Assembly: GCA_023245035.1 (NCBI GenBank)
Contig: JAHFLD010000001.1
Coordinates: 83,285-147,284, forward strand
From: Candidatus Harrisonbacteria bacterium
GTDB lineage: Bacteria > Patescibacteriota > Minisyncoccia > UBA6257 > 1-14-0-10-40-38
Direction: 5' to 3'
DNA: 64,000 bases
Shown here piece after piece: positions 1-9,245 of this stretch (position 1 is its first letter; every line of letters begins with the position of its first letter). The notes below the pieces were generated by a model. It saw nothing but the letters and a program-made list of their open reading frames with translations, searched no databases and had not been told where the DNA came from. Position numbers and translations under genes: made by a program.

Positions 1-224
1 TAAGACCGTGAGCCGATGTCTCTATGGCCAATCAATTATGACACCAACAAACACCCACCGCTTTCCCCTAAAAACACCGTAAAACCAGCCATTTTTTAGA
101 TTTTCCATTTACTTGGTGGTCAAAATCTGCTAGCATGTAGCTTCGGTACTTTGGAAGCCAAAACAGGAATCCCACTCAGGGAAGACTGATCTGGGTAACC
201 AAAGACCGCTCGGATCGTTTTCCT

Positions 225-761
225 ATGTTAGAAGGCGAAGAGAACTTAATACAACAAGCAAAAAAAGGAGACGCGACTTGTTTTGGCCGGCTTTACGACC
301 ACTACATGAGCAGAATCTATCGGTTTATCGCGCTGAAGGTTGCTACCAAAGCCGAGGCCGAGGATCTTGCCCATGAAGTATTCACCAAGGCCTGGCGTAA
401 CATGCCGCGCTATATTCTTCAGGGCTTTCCTTTTTCCAGCTGGTTATATCAAATTGCCCGTCGCCAGGTGATTGATCATTATCGGGTCAAAAAAGAGCAC
501 CAAAGTCTGGATGCTACCAGCGAAGAAGCGCTAAGCGTCGCGGCGACTTTAGATCAGGATGCGGATTTATCTTTAAGCGTGGGACGGGTCAAGTTGGCCA
601 TCAAAAAGCTCAACTCCGATCAACAAGATGTTATATTGATGCGCTTTGTTGACGATCTCTCTCATCGCGAAATCGCTAAAGCCATGAAAAAAAGCGAAGG
701 CGCCGTCCGATTGATTCAACACCGCGCCATTCATGAGTTAAGAAAAATTCTACAAGCCTAA
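225..761 (+). CDS. ECF-type RNA polymerase sigma factor (sigma-70 family, region 2 and region 4)
   Basis: Region 2 motifs (YDHYMSRIYRFIALKV, DLAHEVFTKAW) and region 4 HTH (LSHREIAKAMKKSEGAVRLIQHRAIHELR); 178 aa, typical ECF size. Confidence 0.85.
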   Translation: MLEGEENLIQQAKKGDATCFGRLYDHYMSRIYRFIALKVATKAEAEDLAHEVFTKAWRNMPRYILQGFPFSSWLYQIARRQVIDHYRVKKEHQSLDATSEEALSVAATLDQDADLSLSVGRVKLAIKKLNSDQQDVILMRFVDDLSHREIAKAMKKSEGAVRLIQHRAIHELRKILQA

Positions 762-770
762 ATCATAATT

Positions 771-1199
771 ATGGATATGGAAGAAAAAATCATTAAATCG
801 CTTAACTCCTATCGGGAAAGCATTAATCCCGATCCGGCTTTTTTGGAGCGTTCCAAGCCCCAAGTTTTGTCCACTTCTCAAGTCAAGTCTGGTTTTCTTG
901 GCGAATGGCGTAGGGCCATGTGGGAAAATTTTAAGTTCACCGGCGCTCTGACTGCCGCCGGCTTCGTGGTGATTGCGATCGCCATAACCGCCGTCAGCTT
1001 CCGCGGAACCGACAGCGCCCAAGGCACAACCGCCGTTGCCAAAAACCTCTTTCTTGAATCACAATCGGTTGATTTTCAAATTCGCTTGGACGAGGCCAGC
1101 TACTTCAGCGAATCCGCCGAAAAAGTAGCCGCCGTCTTAGATCACGTCTCTCAAGATCCAGCTTTAAAAAGCGGTGATCAATCAGAGGGCAACAACTAA
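771..1199 (+). CDS. putative anti-sigma factor (single-pass membrane protein) encoded immediately after the ECF sigma gene
   Basis: Starts 10 nt after the sigma stop. One hydrophobic TM segment (ALTAAGFVVIAIAITAVSF) about 60 aa in. Position and topology are typical of an ECF anti-sigma; no sequence family recognised. Confidence 0.45.
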   Translation: MDMEEKIIKSLNSYRESINPDPAFLERSKPQVLSTSQVKSGFLGEWRRAMWENFKFTGALTAAGFVVIAIAITAVSFRGTDSAQGTTAVAKNLFLESQSVDFQIRLDEASYFSESAEKVAAVLDHVSQDPALKSGDQSEGNN

Positions 1200-1205
1200 A
1201 CACCT

Positions 1206-2087
1206 ATGAAAACCAAACCGTTTCAAAAAACCGTAATTCTCTTTGTCGCTCTCGGACTAATTAGTCCCTTGCTTGTTGGCGCCCAATCGGAGGCGGTTCG
1301 TTCCGCGCGCGAAGAATTGGTAAAAAGTAGCGAGAAATTAGATGAGCTAAGCGCTAGCGAAAATGTTCTGACGCCCGAAGAGGCCACGGAACAGGAGTTT
1401 CGCACCAGCCAAGCGGCCGTTGCCGGCGCCATCAGCCTGACTCGCGCGGAAATCAGTGATCTTCGCGACGGCTTGAGCGATCTTAAAAACGTGGAAGCCG
1501 ACTTCGCCTTACTGCGAATCGCTTTTTTGCAGACCCTCAATGACTATGACGACTATCTGACAAAAGTTGAGCAAGATTTGGAAAGCACCCTGACTTTAGA
1601 CGAAGTTCGCTCCATTGCCAAGACTTTCAAGGGGTGGCGCGCCGGAAGCTATGACCAGGAGATCATTAAGATGATTAACTTCCGAGTGGTTTTTCAGATG
1701 AAATCTATTCTCAAAAAAGTTGACGAACGAATCAGCAAGATTTCCGGCGAGATCAAGCGTCTCAAAACCGTAAAAATGAAAACCGCTGGACCAGAGAGTT
1801 TCTTCAACCAAGCCACCGCCAACATCAAGCTTGGCCGTGAGCTGACTTCCAGAGCCCAAGAAGCCCTCCGCGCCTATCTGCCCAAAACTCAAGAAGAGTT
1901 AGCCGCCGAAACGATTGCCGCCGCCGCGCTGGCGGAGCCGACAACTCTGACCCTTGAAGTCAAACCCAAGGATGAAGTTCGCAAACCGACCGTCGGTCAG
2001 ATTATCGAAAGCGCCTCAACGCGAGTTAAGGATGCCTATAAGAATCTTATCGACCTCAATCAATCTCTAAAACCTCTGCTTAAATAA
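1206..2087 (+). CDS. secreted alpha-helical/coiled-coil protein of unknown function (third gene of the ECF module)
   Basis: N-terminal signal peptide (VILFVALGLISPLLVGAQS), highly charged helical body, 293 aa. Starts 7 nt after the upstream ORF. Confidence 0.5.
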   Translation: MKTKPFQKTVILFVALGLISPLLVGAQSEAVRSAREELVKSSEKLDELSASENVLTPEEATEQEFRTSQAAVAGAISLTRAEISDLRDGLSDLKNVEADFALLRIAFLQTLNDYDDYLTKVEQDLESTLTLDEVRSIAKTFKGWRAGSYDQEIIKMINFRVVFQMKSILKKVDERISKISGEIKRLKTVKMKTAGPESFFNQATANIKLGRELTSRAQEALRAYLPKTQEELAAETIAAAALAEPTTLTLEVKPKDEVRKPTVGQIIESASTRVKDAYKNLIDLNQSLKPLLK

Positions 2088-2122
2088 ACTTTCTAGCGTT
2101 TATACAGTCCGCCCAAGTAAAC

Positions 2123-2146
2123 AAAAAACCCCTTTCGGGGTTTTTT
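2123..2146. terminator. bidirectional rho-independent terminator between convergent genes
   Basis: aaaaaaCCCCtttcGGGGtttttt: a perfect GC stem flanked by an A-run and a T-run, sitting between the + ORF ending 2087 and hup ending 2194. Confidence 0.6.
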
Positions 2147-2193
2147 GTTTAATCATAACCTCTCTCTGAGTCACGAAGCTCTAAATCAGAGCC

Positions 2194-2469
2194 TTACTTG
2201 ACCGCCTCTTTCAAAAGCTTGCCGGCGCGGAATTTTGGCTTGATTGAAGCCGCGATCTGAATCTTCTCGCCCGTCATTGGGTTGCGACCCTCTCGAGCTG
2301 CTCGGTTTGCCACCCGGAAGGTTCCAAAGCCGGAGATAGCTACCTCCTCGCCCTTGGCCATCGTCTTCACGATCGTGTCAAAAACCGCTTCAACGGCATC
2401 CTGCGCCATTTTCTTGGTCTCAATGTGAGCCGCGGCCATGACCGCCTCAACTAGTTCTGGTTTTTTCAT
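2194..2469 (-). CDS. hup: DNA-binding protein HU
   Basis: 91 aa. Conserved HU signature (GFGTFRVANRAAREGRNPMTGEKIQIAASIKPKFRAGKLLKEAV). Confidence 0.9.
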   Translation of the reverse strand: MKKPELVEAVMAAAHIETKKMAQDAVEAVFDTIVKTMAKGEEVAISGFGTFRVANRAAREGRNPMTGEKIQIAASIKPKFRAGKLLKEAVK

Positions 2470-2567
2470 ATCGTCCGTTCAAATTATTACGGCGTTTTGT
2501 CCCTCTATGACAACGCCATCGCCTCGACCTTTTCACCTACAGAAGGAACGCAAGCATTATATCATAG

Positions 2568-4091
2568 CTATTTTGCGTATTCTACTGCCCGGGTCTCCCG
2601 AATAACATTAACCTTGATCTCGCCCGGATAGCGCAGCTCCGATTGAATTTTTCCGGCAATATTTTTGGCGAGCTGTAGCGCCCCAAAATCGTCAATTTTT
2701 TCCGGAACAACGAAGACGCGAATTTCCCGTCCGGCCGACAAGGCATAGGCGCTTTTAACTCCATCAAACGAGGTGGTGATTTTTTCCAAATCTTCTAGCC
2801 GTTTGATGTAATTTTCCACCGTATCTCGCCTGGCCCCCGGACGAGCGGCCGACAAGGCATCGGCGGCCGCGACTATAAACGACTCCGGCGTGGAGAAGGG
2901 ATAATCCTCATGATGCGACTCCATCGCCCGAATAACCGATTCCTCAATGTCGTATTTCTTCAAGATCTTGCGCCCCAAATCAACATGCGTACCTTCCACC
3001 TCGTGGCTAATAGCCTTGCCAATGTCGTGCAGTAAGGCGCCTTTTTTGGCGACCTCCACGTTCGCCCCAAGCTCGGCCGCCATCATGGCCGAGATATAGG
3101 CCATCTCCACCGAATGTACCAGCACATTCTGCCCATAGCTAGTACGGAAGTTGAGTCGTCCCAAGAGTTGCAGGATTTCTTTGGGTAAATTGATAATTCC
3201 CAAATCAGTGGCCGCCTGTTCGCCGATACTCTGCATTCGCTTTTGCATCTCTTGTTTTGATTCTTCAACTTTCTCCTCAATCTTCGCCGGCTGAATTCGC
3301 CCGTCTTTAATCAACTTCTCCAAGGTCATCTTGGCAATCTCGCGCCGTAGGGGATCAAACGAAGACAAAATCACATTCTCCGGCGAGTCATCAACAATCA
3401 CCTCAACGCCGGTCAAGCGTTCCAGGGTCTTAATGTTGCGCCCCTCTCGGCCGATAATCTTGCCCTTTAGCTCCTCGTTAGGCAGTTGAAAGACGCTAGT
3501 CGTCACATCGCTCACATGCGAGCGGGCATACCGCTGAACCGCGGTTGTAATAATCTCCAAGCTCTTTTTTTCAACCTCTTCGCGTCGGTCGTTCTCCAGT
3601 TTTTGAATGACCACCGCCAAATCATCGCGATGATGTTCCTCAATTTCTTTAACAATCCGCGCGCGCGCCTCTTCGCGTGTCAGTCCGGCTATTTTTTCAA
3701 CCTGCTGAAGCGCCTGAGCGTGTTGCGCCCTCGCCTCCTCGCTAAGACGAGCCAGTTTTTGGGCTTCATCTTCCAGTCTCCGCTCGCGCTCGGTCATGGA
3801 TCGCTGGTGAGCTTCCAGCGATTCATCTTTTTTAAGCAATCGCTCCTCAAGCTTTTCCAGTTGTGTCTTGCGCTCCCTCTCCTCGCGCTTAAATTCTTCC
3901 AATAGCAAAGCCGCCTTTTCTTTGGCTTCAATTAAAATCTCTTTGGACTGGTTCTTGGACTCCTCAACTTTAAGCTTTAGCGTCTGTTCTACCGAGTTCG
4001 CCTTTTGAGCGGCAAAAAACTGTCGAAAGGCATAGCCGATTGCAAAACCGATAACGGCAACGACCCCCGACACCAGCAGGGTTTGTGACAT
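2568..4091 (-). CDS. rny: ribonuclease Y (N-terminal membrane anchor, KH domain, HD domain)
   Basis: N-terminal TM helix, a long coiled-coil region, KH motif (GKIIGREGRNIKTLERLTGVEVIV) and HD domain (HSVEMAYISAMMAAELGANVEVAKKGALLHDIGKA). 507 aa. Confidence 0.9.
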   Translation of the reverse strand: MSQTLLVSGVVAVIGFAIGYAFRQFFAAQKANSVEQTLKLKVEESKNQSKEILIEAKEKAALLLEEFKREERERKTQLEKLEERLLKKDESLEAHQRSMTERERRLEDEAQKLARLSEEARAQHAQALQQVEKIAGLTREEARARIVKEIEEHHRDDLAVVIQKLENDRREEVEKKSLEIITTAVQRYARSHVSDVTTSVFQLPNEELKGKIIGREGRNIKTLERLTGVEVIVDDSPENVILSSFDPLRREIAKMTLEKLIKDGRIQPAKIEEKVEESKQEMQKRMQSIGEQAATDLGIINLPKEILQLLGRLNFRTSYGQNVLVHSVEMAYISAMMAAELGANVEVAKKGALLHDIGKAISHEVEGTHVDLGRKILKKYDIEESVIRAMESHHEDYPFSTPESFIVAAADALSAARPGARRDTVENYIKRLEDLEKITTSFDGVKSAYALSAGREIRVFVVPEKIDDFGALQLAKNIAGKIQSELRYPGEIKVNVIRETRAVEYAK

Positions 4092-4293
4092 ATAAAATTA
4101 TGTTCGCTAAATTCTTCATGATGAATTCTTTAGGAACCATGGAAGTATTTGGTAATCCCAACACCTTCACTATACCCCGTATGTCTCGAGTCCGCAAATA
4201 CGCCAAGCAACCGGCGATTCAGCTCAAACAGCTAGTCTCCACCAACCAGCGAGGACACATCTCTCCTCAAGAGGTTCTCGCAGGCGGAATGAG

Positions 4294-4590
4294 CTGGGTT
4301 TTTTGCACTTCCAACCGCGAGGACTCTTCTTTGTGCGGGGAGCTCTCGGAGCGCTTCGCAGCTTGGTATTCCGTCAGGAATTGCGAAGCGCGAGAGGAAG
4401 TGGTCGTTCTTCGCAGGAAAAGAACGAACCACAATCCCACTAACAGCGAGGACTCTTGGGTTTTGCAAAGCTCTCGCAACTCTAACTAGCTTGGCTTCCA
4501 GCTAATGCTGGAATAGTTAGAGTGAGAGGAAGTGGAGAAAATTCGCGGGAAATTTTCTACCACGGTTTGCAAAACCCAAGAGTCCGAGCC
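4294..4590. other. highly structured intergenic element (candidate ncRNA or cis-regulatory leader) between the recA stop and the rny start
   Basis: Nested inverted repeats: 4449-4465 pairs with 4568-4584, a 10-bp stem gcgcttcgca/tgcgaagcgc, and ctctaacta/tagttagag. A stem-loop motif is duplicated at 4391-4429 and 4523-4560, with compensatory stem changes (tcgttc/gaacga versus agaaaa/ttttct). Confidence 0.3.
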
Positions 4591-5651
4591 TACTTCGCTG
4601 CCGCCTCCGTCTTCTTCGCAATCTCGTGGAGCAACTTCTTATCTTCTTTTAGGGTGTTCTTGGCATTCTCCAATCCCACCCCCAACTTGTGCTCTTCAAA
4701 GTAATAAGTTAAACCGGTTTTGGAAACGACGTTATATTTCAAAGCGGTATTCACCACATCGGCCTCATAAGAAATTCCCTCGCCGTAGCTGATATCAAAT
4801 TCCGAAACTCTAAACGGCGCCGCCACCTTGTTTTTGACCACCTTGGCCTTGATTCTATTCCCAACAACCTCCTCGCCCTTCTTGATCTGGGCGATTCGCC
4901 GAATATCCACCCGCACCGATGAGTAAAATTTCAACGCCTGCCCGCCCGGAGTCGTTTCTGGATTGCCAAACATAACGCCAATTTTCATCCGGATTTGGTT
5001 AATAAAAATTATAAGCGTGTCGGTTTTAGCGGCGATTGCTGTCAGCTTGCGAAGTGCTTGCGACATCAGTCTGGCTTGCCGTCCAATGTGAAGATCGCCC
5101 ATATCACCCTCAATTTCTGCCTTGGGCGTCAGCGCCGCCACGGAATCCACCACGGCGATAGTTATCATTTCGGAGCGAACCAAACTTTCCAAAATGTTAA
5201 GCGCCTCCTCGCCATTGTCGGGTTGAGAAATAATCAGCTCCTTCACGTTGACTCCAAGTTTTTCGGCGTATTCTGGATCCAGCGCGTGTTCAGCGTCAAT
5301 AAAAGCCGCCTTGCCGCCTTTTTTCTGTGCCTGGGCGACGACATTCAGCGCCAAAGTTGTCTTGCCGGACGACTCTGGTCCATAAACCTCAACAATTCTT
5401 CCTCGCGGCAATCCACCAACCCCCAGCGCCAAATCGAGCGAAAAGGAGCCGGTAGAGATCGCGTCAACGTGAACCTTTTTCCAGTCACCGAGCTTCATCA
5501 CCGATCCCTCGCCAAACTTATCCTGCAAGCTCTCGAGTAGCTTATCTATATTCCTCGGGCCCGGCTGGTGAGCCTCTTTTTTCCCCAACGGCGCCCCGCC
5601 CTCATCAACCAACTCCTCCTCCTGTTCTCCACCAGAATTTTTCTTAGCCAT
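4590..5651 (-). CDS. recA: recombinase RecA
   Basis: Walker A ([12 protein letters not shown]), RecA core ([10 protein letters not shown] ... [38 protein letters not shown]); 353 aa. Confidence 0.95.
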   Translation of the reverse strand: MAKKNSGGEQEEELVDEGGAPLGKKEAHQPGPRNIDKLLESLQDKFGEGSVMKLGDWKKVHVDAISTGSFSLDLALGVGGLPRGRIVEVYGPESSGKTTLALNVVAQAQKKGGKAAFIDAEHALDPEYAEKLGVNVKELIISQPDNGEEALNILESLVRSEMITIAVVDSVAALTPKAEIEGDMGDLHIGRQARLMSQALRKLTAIAAKTDTLIIFINQIRMKIGVMFGNPETTPGGQALKFYSSVRVDIRRIAQIKKGEEVVGNRIKAKVVKNKVAAPFRVSEFDISYGEGISYEADVVNTALKYNVVSKTGLTYYFEEHKLGVGLENAKNTLKEDKKLLHEIAKKTEAAAK

Positions 5652-5906
5652 AATATCTACAGTTTATTCCGCAAGCGCAATATCCGCCAGTACCCAGCTA
5701 GTTTACGAATTTTTTGCTCTTCCACCACCCAAGCGAGGAACATCTTCCCCTGAAACCATTACGGAGACGAGCGTGATTTTCTGCGAATGAATAGAACTTT
5801 TTGTCGGGGACACGCGAGCGGAGCGAGCAGGGTGACAAAAATTCGTAATAAATGAGCTAGAAAATAGCGAGTTGCAGTGGGTTGAAGGGAAGATGTTCTG
5901 AGCTCC

Positions 5907-6629
5907 CTATGGTTGTCCCCCAGACAACGGCAACGTCGTGGAAGCCCTGGTGTTTGGCCTTCTTGAACCGGACTGATCTTTTGGCTCCAAATTATCGGCC
6001 GGCTGATAAACCACCTGTCGAGTCATTCGCGTCTCCCGCCCCAAGATCTTAGTTGCCACAAACTCAATCGTATTCAAACCCGGCTCCAGCGTATAAGGAT
6101 AGGAAAATTCCCCTCGGGCATTAGTTGGCACCTCATCGCCCCCGATAATAATCTTGTCTCCGGCATTAATGGATCCCTGGATGACCAGCTCGCGCTCCGT
6201 AACCGTTGTTACCGGAAGCACCGGTACCGTAATCCGAAGCGTCGGCCGATTGAGAACTCTAAAAAGAAAAAAACCGAATACCAAAAGCGCCAAAGCTCCA
6301 CCGGCCGAAAAAAGTATCAGCCGTGGATTAGTGGAAGAAGTTAAGCGAAAACGATTGGAGGGTAAGACATCTTTGGCGCCGGAGGTGCGAAGCGACGTCT
6401 CCTGCCGGTAGGTCAGCATCACCTCATTGACGTCTAAATCAAGCGCCTGGGCGATTTTCATCAGGTAGCCGCGAATATAGGGAGCCGCCGGCAGCTTTTC
6501 CAAATCACCGCTTAAAATCGCCTCAATATGGCGTTCGGCGACACCGGTCTTTTGCGCCAGCCGCTCAAGATTAATCTCCCGCGACTGCAGGCGCTCCTCA
6601 AAAAACTTTTTAAGCGAATGATGTTCCAT
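5907..6629 (-). CDS. rodZ: RodZ-like cytoskeleton protein (N-terminal XRE-type HTH, one TM segment, C-terminal extracytoplasmic domain)
   Basis: The N-terminal HTH follows the RodZ pattern (LAQKTGVAERHIEAILSGDLEKLPAAPYIRGYLMKIAQALDLDVNEV). Single TM segment (LILFSAGGALALLVFGFFLF). Encoded next to ftsK. Confidence 0.6.
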   Translation of the reverse strand: MEHHSLKKFFEERLQSREINLERLAQKTGVAERHIEAILSGDLEKLPAAPYIRGYLMKIAQALDLDVNEVMLTYRQETSLRTSGAKDVLPSNRFRLTSSTNPRLILFSAGGALALLVFGFFLFRVLNRPTLRITVPVLPVTTVTERELVIQGSINAGDKIIIGGDEVPTNARGEFSYPYTLEPGLNTIEFVATKILGRETRMTRQVVYQPADNLEPKDQSGSRRPNTRASTTLPLSGGQP

Positions 6630-6632
6630 ACC

Positions 6633-8768
6633 TTATTCCAAGGCTTCTGGCGGGGCTTCGTAAACCTCGCGAGGCTTAGCTCCCTCTCCCGGGCCAACTA
6701 CGCCGCGCTCCTCCATGATGTCAATCAGCCTTGCCGCCCGAGCATAACCAACCTTGAGTCTTCTTTGCAATAGGGAGGCCGAAGCCTTCTTGGCTTCGCG
6801 GACCACCCCCACTGCCTCTTGATAGAGCTCATCGTCATCGTCGGCATCGCCACCAAACATGTCTTCCGGTTGCCTGATTAAGGCGTCTTGAAGGGGTTGG
6901 TTTTCCGTTTGCGTTCCCGCAGACGCGATCATGGCATCGGCCAACTCGTTGTTGTCGCGAATAAAATCAGTCACAGCGTGAATCTCTTCTTCCGAAACAT
7001 AGGATCCCTGAATGCGCTTCGGCTTGGAATAATCGGAAGAAATAAACAACAAATCTCCGCCGCCCAACAGTTTTTCCGCGCCGGCCAAATCAAGAATGGT
7101 GCGGGAATCAATTTGACTGGCGACCTGCAAGGCGATTCGCGCGGTAATGTTGGCTTTAATTAATCCGGTGATGACCTCCACCGACGGCCGCTGGGTAGAA
7201 AGAATCAAATGAATGCCGGTCGCCCGCGCCATCTGCGCCAGGCGCACAATTGAGCCTTCTATCTCCCTCCCATAGCTCGCCATCAAATCAGCCAGTTCAT
7301 CCACCACGATAACTATGTAAGGCAGCGGCTCATCGCTTTGCTTGTTAAAACTTTTTATATCGCGGACTCCGGCTCTAAGCAGAACCTCATACCGCCGCTC
7401 CATTTCTTTAATCGCCCAACGAAAGGCGCCGACAGTTTTCTTGGCCTCGGTAATGACCGGAGCCACCAAGTGCGGTATGTGCTCGTAAATCGAAAGCTCC
7501 ACGCGCTTCGGATCAATCAAGAGCAGACGCAAAGTATCCGGAGCGTTCTTGAAAAGCAGGGACAAGATCAGGGTATGGATCGCCACACTCTTACCACTGC
7601 CGGTGGATCCGGCGATAAGCAAATGAGGCATCTTTTCGATATTGCTAAAAATCGGCTCGCCGGTTACGTCGCGCCCCAAGGCAAAGGTCAGCGGCCCGGC
7701 AATGCCAAAATCCTTGTAGGCCATAATACTTCCCAAACGCACTATTGCCGCCGCCTTATTGGGCACCTCAATTCCCACCAGCGCTTTGCCTGGAATCGGC
7801 GCCTCAATGCGAATCGGATGCGCGGCGAGCGCCAACTCAAAGTCGCGCTGAAGAGCGATGATCTTGGTCAACTTAACCCCCTCGGCTGGTTTTAAAGTGT
7901 AGCGCGTTACCTTGGGGCCAATGTTGATCTCGCCCATTTCAACTGGAATCCCAAAACTTTCCAGGGTCCGCTTGATTATGTTGGCGTTGGCGCGCAGATC
8001 GCCGGAAGTTGGTTTTTCAATCTGCGAAGTTAAGAGTGATAGGGGAGGCGGCACGTAATTTTTGCTGGAAATCGGGCGGGGCAAGGTTCGAGCGATTTCC
8101 CCGGCTGTGTTCTCCTTAACCTCCATCTCATCCGGCTCCTCGTCTTTTTTGTTTTCCTTGATCTTGATCTTGGTTACTGGTTCAGGGTTTGGCTCTTCGG
8201 CCTCCGAGTCGTCGTCGCGGTCGCCATCTCCGGCCTCGTGGATAATCAGCGCTTTTTCTTTTGGTTTTCGTTCACTGCCAAAACGGAGCGGCGTATTGAA
8301 AGCGATGAGCAGAGATATCAACAGCAGAAGACTCAAAATAATAATTGAGGCCAAATAGCCAAAAAGCGCCTCAATGGATCCGATGGCTTGCCCCAAAATC
8401 CCCCCCTTGTCCGGAAAAAGCACATCGATCAGCCCCAGTCCGGCAATCACAAAAAATCCGGCCCCAAACAAACTCATGCCCAAGATTTTTCGCTCGTGGC
8501 TAAAGAGCAAAAAGAAGGCCACCAAAAAAGCTATGAAAGGAATCAGGTAATATCCCAAACCCAAGAGGGTCGAAAGAACGGTAAAGACAAAATTACCCGC
8601 CGGACCGGATCGGCCAACGCTTGCCAATACCAAAACGATGGAGACTCCAAAGAGCAAAACAGCCACGATACTCTTCTTGGTCTCGGGGCTCACGCGGTGC
8701 CGTGTTTCAACGCGCCCCCCCGGGCGCTCCTTTTTTTTCTTCTTGCCGCCAAAAGAAATTCCAAACAT
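6633..8768 (-). CDS. ftsK: DNA translocase FtsK/SpoIIIE
   Basis: N-terminal polytopic membrane domain, an acidic linker, the FtsK motor with Walker A (GSTGSGKSVAIHTLILSL) and Walker B (IVIVVDELADL), and a C-terminal gamma winged-helix domain. 711 aa. Confidence 0.9.
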   Translation of the reverse strand: MFGISFGGKKKKKERPGGRVETRHRVSPETKKSIVAVLLFGVSIVLVLASVGRSGPAGNFVFTVLSTLLGLGYYLIPFIAFLVAFFLLFSHERKILGMSLFGAGFFVIAGLGLIDVLFPDKGGILGQAIGSIEALFGYLASIIILSLLLLISLLIAFNTPLRFGSERKPKEKALIIHEAGDGDRDDDSEAEEPNPEPVTKIKIKENKKDEEPDEMEVKENTAGEIARTLPRPISSKNYVPPPLSLLTSQIEKPTSGDLRANANIIKRTLESFGIPVEMGEINIGPKVTRYTLKPAEGVKLTKIIALQRDFELALAAHPIRIEAPIPGKALVGIEVPNKAAAIVRLGSIMAYKDFGIAGPLTFALGRDVTGEPIFSNIEKMPHLLIAGSTGSGKSVAIHTLILSLLFKNAPDTLRLLLIDPKRVELSIYEHIPHLVAPVITEAKKTVGAFRWAIKEMERRYEVLLRAGVRDIKSFNKQSDEPLPYIVIVVDELADLMASYGREIEGSIVRLAQMARATGIHLILSTQRPSVEVITGLIKANITARIALQVASQIDSRTILDLAGAEKLLGGGDLLFISSDYSKPKRIQGSYVSEEEIHAVTDFIRDNNELADAMIASAGTQTENQPLQDALIRQPEDMFGGDADDDDELYQEAVGVVREAKKASASLLQRRLKVGYARAARLIDIMEERGVVGPGEGAKPREVYEAPPEALE

Positions 8769-8819
8769 ACGTGTTCATTATAATACCGCACTCCGGCGCA
8801 TTGTAGTACCATAAAAGCA

Positions 8820-9245
8820 ATGAGGAAAAAGAATCAGCCATCCATAAAGGCCCCAGCGGCAAAAATCTTTGGCGCCTACGACATCCGTGGCCGCTATCCA
8901 CGGGACATTAATTTGTCGGCGGTTGCGGTAATCGCGCGGGCCTTAAGCCGCGACTGGCGGGGCCAGACAGTCGTGCTGGGGCGCGACATCCGTCACGGCT
9001 CCGTAGAAATTTCTTCTGGTATTAAGTCCGAGCTTGAATCTGGCGGGGTCATGGTGATTGACGGCGGGTTAATGACCACTCCAATGCTCTATTTTCTCGT
9101 CTGCGAGACCAAGGCCTCTGGCGGGATCATGGTGACCGCCTCGCATAATCCAAAAAATTGGAACGGATTGAAGATGGTCGGATCAGGCGCTATTCCAATC
9201 CGCGGCGAGGAGGTTTATCAAAAAGTTAAAAAACTTGAGTCATGA
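8820..9245 (+). CDS. phosphomannomutase/phosphoglucomutase, N-terminal fragment (domain I with the catalytic Ser loop)
   Basis: Active-site loop TASHNPKNWNGLK. 141 aa, ends at a TGA that overlaps the ATG of the next ORF. See the fragment at 9242..10123. Confidence 0.7.
   Translation: MRKKNQPSIKAPAAKIFGAYDIRGRYPRDINLSAVAVIARALSRDWRGQTVVLGRDIRHGSVEISSGIKSELESGGVMVIDGGLMTTPMLYFLVCETKASGGIMVTASHNPKNWNGLKMVGSGAIPIRGEEVYQKVKKLES

Noticed and set aside
4391-4560. Possibility that the duplicated motif is a minimal CRISPR array
   Set aside because: There are only two copies, no regular repeat-spacer periodicity, no cas genes, and the copies are embedded in larger nested stems.
3486-5540. Plus-strand ORFs (139 aa and 181 aa) antisense to rny and recA
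   Set aside because: They lie fully inside well-supported conserved genes on the opposite strand.
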